Part shown: one piece after another, positions 44,455-46,060 of the stretch
Layout: every line of letters begins with the position of its first letter
Numbering within the stretch: position 1 is the first letter of the stretch
Program-made: the position numbers and the translations under genes
Assembly (NCBI GenBank): GCA_030614685.1
Contig: JAUWTO010000003.1
Span: 1 to 46,060 of the forward strand
Length of the DNA stretch: 46,060 nucleotides
Source of the DNA: Candidatus Aminicenantes bacterium
GTDB lineage: Bacteria > Acidobacteriota > Aminicenantia > Aminicenantales > Aminicenantaceae
Direction: 5' to 3'
The notes under the pieces: generated by a model
What the model saw: the letters and a program-made list of their open reading frames with translations, nothing else
The model's database searches: none
What the model was told of the DNA's origin: nothing

Positions 44455-45728
44455 TCCGATGCCATGGATCTGATCAGGGAAAGATCTTTCGTATAGGCCG
44501 CCTCCAGGATCGGGCCCATGTATTCATCCACCAGCCCCGCTGAGAGCGGGACCGGCATGTTCTTGAGTTTCATGTCGAGCTGAGGATTCTTGGCGGCCTC
44601 CAGTGCCCGTGAGATGTGCGCCTCTGTCATCCCCGGGACCTCTTTCAGGTGAGTGGGATAGCCGACTCTTCGGCCGAAGGCCATCAGCCCTTGTGCCACG
44701 GCCTCCCCCAGTTCGCGTCCGGATAGAGCCGCCACTCCGCTCGCAATCAGGTCATAGTGGAGAAGGAGACCGGCCAGTTTTTTCAGGTGCCTCTGGATGG
44801 CCGGGGCAAAAAACACCGTGTAATAGGGATTCATGATGGCGCAGGCCCGGCCGTGGCTGAGGATGTCCACCAGCGAAAAACTCGTCAGGTGGCCCCCATT
44901 GGTGCCGCCCACCATGACTGCGTAGCCGCCCAGATCGGCAGCCAGGCCCAGCGCCTCCCTGGCTTCCAGATCAAGCGGAGCGATGAGCGATCTCTCGAGA
45001 TACGCCAGCGTGAGCTCCATTCCGGAGAGGGCGATGTCCTCTGCCAGGTCGATGATCTCCGGAGGGGCCCCGTAGTAGACCTCCAGGCAGTGGGAGATCC
45101 CGTCAAAGGCCCCATCCAGAGTGAAGTCGGGTGACATGGTCGCTGTCAGGCTGTAGTCGAAAAGGCAGCGCGGGGGGATGATGGCATCGTCTACGATGAG
45201 TTTTTTTTGATGGGCGGCGAGGTCTGTGATGTTGGAGTATTTTGTGAGATGGGCCGAGGAGCCGGATGCGGTCTGGAGCCCGATGCAGGGGCGCATCGTG
45301 CGCCCCGAATCCTGAATTTTTTCCGTCACCTTACCCGTGCCGAAGTATTCATCGAACTCACCGCCCAGGTCAGCCAGGACCACGGCCGCCTTGGCCGCGT
45401 CGATCCCAGAGCCTCCGGAAGCAGCCAGCACAAAGTCCGGCTGCGTATCCAGCACCGCCTGCCGCATGCGCAGCACGTCCTCGCGCGGGGTGTTGGGGGG
45501 GGAGGAAGCCGTCTGTCCTGTGACCTCGACCCCGGCACTACTCAGCGAATCGATGATGGCTGCATAACTGTTCGGGTCACGGCGGTCCAGGTTCGTGATG
45601 AGCAGGGCCCGTGATCCGAATGGGGCTACCAGTCCACCGATCTGGTCGAGGCACCCTGGTCCATATATATAATCGCTCCCCTTGAAGGTGTCGATCAGTT
45701 CCCGTGCATGGTCTTTCAGTTTTTCCAT
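44451..45728 (-). CDS. iron-containing alcohol dehydrogenase family
   Basis: SGGSGIDAAK, TASGS, D.ISHCLE, GHL, HGRAC. Confidence 0.92.
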   Translation of the reverse strand: MEKLKDHARELIDTFKGSDYIYGPGCLDQIGGLVAPFGSRALLITNLDRRDPNSYAAIIDSLSSAGVEVTGQTASSPPNTPREDVLRMRQAVLDTQPDFVLAASGGSGIDAAKAAVVLADLGGEFDEYFGTGKVTEKIQDSGRTMRPCIGLQTASGSSAHLTKYSNITDLAAHQKKLIVDDAIIPPRCLFDYSLTATMSPDFTLDGAFDGISHCLEVYYGAPPEIIDLAEDIALSGMELTLAYLERSLIAPLDLEAREALGLAADLGGYAVMVGGTNGGHLTSFSLVDILSHGRACAIMNPYYTVFFAPAIQRHLKKLAGLLLHYDLIASGVAALSGRELGEAVAQGLMAFGRRVGYPTHLKEVPGMTEAHISRALEAAKNPQLDMKLKNMPVPLSAGLVDEYMGPILEAAYTKDLSLIRSMASD

Positions 45729-45797
45729 AGCCTGATTTTAGACAAAATTGGGGATAATATAAAGGGGAGAAAAAAAGGGGAAAAAAGGGGAGTGGCG

Positions 45798-45850
45798 AAA
45801 AAATGGGAGTGGTCCAATTTAACCCGGTTAAATGACCACACCCCATTTTT
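45798..45850. repeat. imperfect AT-rich palindrome (REP-like, or an artefact)
   Basis: AAAATGGG/CCCATTTT, GTGGTC/GACCAC, ATTTAACC/GGTTAAAT nested arms. Confidence 0.45.
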
Positions 45851-45856
45851 GTGTTT

Positions 45857-46060
45857 CTATAAAAACCCCTGTTTTTTGTATTTCTGGGGGTTGGGGCGGG
45901 CGGACGCCGTCTGTCCGGCGATCTCGACCCCGGCTCTGTTCAGCGAATCCACTATGGTGGTGTAATTTTCTGGGTCGCGGCGGTCCAGGCTGGTGATGAG
46001 CAGAACCCGTGAGCCAAAGGGAGCGGCCAGCTCGCCGATCCGGTCGAGGCATCCCAATCC
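45857..46060 (-). pseudogene. truncated paralogue of the adjacent Fe-ADH N-terminus (partial at window edge)
   Basis: GCLDRIGELAAPFGSRVLLITSLDRRDPEN..TASARPN aligns to GCLDQIGGLVAPFGSRALLITNLDRRDPNS..TASSPPN. Similarity stops at about 45890. Confidence 0.75.

Noticed and set aside
1-46060. CRISPR array, tRNA, rRNA, integrase, prophage or anti-phage defence genes
   Set aside because: No regularly spaced direct repeats, cloverleaf/T-loop signatures or relevant protein motifs were recognised by eye.

Overview
GC-rich bacterial chromosomal segment with about 45 genes. It probably comes from an anaerobic peptide/amino-acid fermenter; the gene content resembles Candidatus Aminicenantes, which is an inference only. 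I found no rRNA, tRNA, CRISPR array or intact transposase. Main modules, left to right: amidase, MFS and HAD genes; an NrdR-regulated class III ribonucleotide reductase operon (nrdD, NrdH-like redoxin, nrdG, dut, trmJ-like); sppA; a degenerate HD-GYP membrane protein; a frameshifted amidohydrolase; a sigma54 signalling locus (orphan family-5 solute-binding protein, histidine kinase, NtrC-type activator, then a single-domain receiver and a stand-alone Fis-like HTH, with two -24/-12 promoters preceded by the same TGTAAA-N5-TTTACA palindrome); transglutaminase and DUF89; a Tat-exported DUF362 plus class V PLP enzyme pair; tag; poly-gamma-glutamate genes pgsB-pgsC-pgsW; brnQ; an aldehyde:ferredoxin oxidoreductase operon with an NSS transporter; an internally deleted ABC permease; a DUF6305/DctM-like/small protein/deacylase cluster; larA with an Fe-ADH; and a truncated Fe-ADH paralogue at the right edge. 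Intergenic regions hold two MITE/REP-like long hairpins, a candidate structured RNA, several apparently leaderless promoters and small ORFs missing from the ORF track. All family assignments are from motif recognition, not database searches.
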